DNA of 63,270 bases, the filler included, from Collodictyon triciliatum (Eukaryota), in the NCBI GenBank assembly GCA_043381765.1. It is 21 parts of 21 records of this genome, joined end to end, with 100 filler letters (N's around TTAATTAATTAA, not from the genome) between each part and the next. Parts side by side here need not be neighbours in the genome. Positions count along the whole stretch, not along the records: positions 60,362 to 63,270 come from JBHJMP010008084.1; 20 more parts are not named here. One strand, written 5' to 3'. Numbering within the stretch: position 1 is the first letter of the stretch; every line of letters starts with the position of its first letter. Made by a program: the position numbers and the translations under genes. The notes beneath the pieces are model-generated. The model saw only the letters and a program-made list of their open reading frames with translations. It was not told the origin of the DNA and made no database searches. Positions 61,701 through 63,270 of the stretch are shown piece after piece.

Positions 61701-63270
61701 GCATATCCATACTCCGGTTAAGCAAAGTCTACTGCCGGCTACGCATGGTTCCCGAAACCAGGGGACTGTCAAGCGTCACTTCCGATAATACCAGACAAAC
61801 AACGATGTATCGCTTTTTGTCAGAGTCTACCAGCAAGCACCGCAAGGAAAGTGACCCGTCGTCCCCTCAAAAGACTCATCCTGTGGAATGAAATAGGATG
61901 TAAACCATGTCTGAGAATGATGGTTGAAAGGACTCGTCGGAATCGATTTGAGAAGTAACTGCTATGCGCGTACTTTCATCGACCCGACAACTTTATCCGC
62001 TCTTCTGTCAGTCTCGAACACAACCAGAAACCGCATTGGAGCTGAATTACTTTGGGTAGAATAGCCTGCGTGTGTAAGAACACTTTCTCTCTTTTCTGTC
62101 TCGTTTATTTCTTTCCTTCCACCGAAAACCCAAAATCTACCAACCACACAATCCGGGGGTTTCCACTGTCTTGTCCACAGCTTATTTTTGTCCTTGAGGC
62201 GAAAGGCGGTTTCCTCGGCTTTGTTTTCTCCCAATAAATTGTTGATATGAAAATGTTTCTTTTTAAATTGTTCAGAATGGGTACTTTGAATCAAATAAAG
62301 AGGGAGATAATATTCAGAGTGGGTTGGCGGTGAGTATAGGGGCAAGAATAAGAAATGTTTTTTTTTTATTTCCCTTTAATTTTTGTAATACATTTGAATC
62401 AAGTTTATGAATTAAAGAGAGTCACATAAGGCTCAAGGATGATTGAATAATACGACTGTGTATCGAATAAGAGAAGTCCCCAAGGCTTGGTGTTGCTGAA
62501 ATATGTGTGGTGACGTGATGCACAACCAGCTGAAGAGGAGTTTATTTCTGGGTTATTCTTGAAGGAGGCGAGAGGTATATAGATTCATAACGATATTCGG
62601 GTCATTTAGGTGCGATGCCTTGCTTGTTCATGCAACAACAGGAGTAGAGGGATAGAAAAATTGGCGTGAGATGAGCCGGAGCTAAGATTTGGCGAAGACA
62701 CAGTTACATGGGATTGAAGTTGGGTATTAAAGAGGACGATTAAAGGGAGAGTATGAAGGAAAAAAATAGGATAAAAAGGACATAATTGGAATTGATGATG
62801 TATAGATTATGGGGATGAGTCTTAATTTAGATAAAGGACATATATTATTCCCCATTGGTGTTCACTATATAGGTATGAAATACACAAGGTCGAGTTCCCT
62901 TTCTTATAGAAATATAGTGAAACCCACAAGTCCCTCAGCCGTCCAAGGTGATAAGTTGGGAACAGATTCTCTCCCAGTCGTATCGTATCTGTTTAACATG
63001 TCCAATTCTGGGCACATCAACTCCATTGAAAATTCTGATAAAAAAAACAGCAGGAAAGACTCTTTCGGCGCGGAGATGATGAAATTACGGGTGTGGAAGA
63101 AGGCAAAAGAGGGGAGCGCGCGAAAGTAAACCACGATCAGATTCCGCGGCACCTGCCAGCAGAATCCCGATCACAGCACCGACGGACGCAAAATGAAAAG
63201 AGAGGAAGAAAGAAGAGAGTTCACGCCTGAAGAAGAGCCAACGCGCTTTCGCATCTAGTGTACAAAAAAA

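Noticed and set aside
62450-63270. Short ORFs and exon-like segments on both strands
   Set aside because: No recognisable motif or consistent splice path was found.

Overview
This is not a continuous locus. It is 21 unlinked contigs of about 2.9 kb each, apparently sorted by size and joined by 100-nt spacers (44 N, TTAATTAATTAA, 44 N), so neighbourhood across spacers means nothing. The source is an intron-rich, AT-rich, microsatellite-rich eukaryote using the standard code, probably a flagellated, mitochondriate protist (it has RP2, FAM184 and mTERF). By hand-splicing I recognise fragments of an RP2 homologue, UTP3/SAS10, a DYRK1-type kinase, FAM184, C2CD5, mTERF, a TEP1/NPHP3-type NACHT NTPase, a RasGAP-like protein, a Chorein-N (VPS13-like) first exon, a RING-H2 terminal exon, a signal-peptide Kelch protein and an XK-related membrane protein. 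There are also two decayed retroelement ORF1-like relics and a tRNA-Ala-derived pseudogene. The most interesting signals are candidate diversifying-receptor genes: (i) an LRR gene built from a repeated cassette of one near-identical 282-nt exon plus three divergent 69-nt phase-0 LRR exons, with a visible crossover; (ii) two intronless paralogues with near-identical WD40 repeats that vary mainly at five positions, one of them chimeric; and (iii) an intronless secreted WD40 plus Cys-rich protein. Other notable features are a compact virus-like contig, several GC-AG introns with very degenerate donors, and an RP2 paralogue lacking its arginine finger. All family calls come from motif recall, not database searches.
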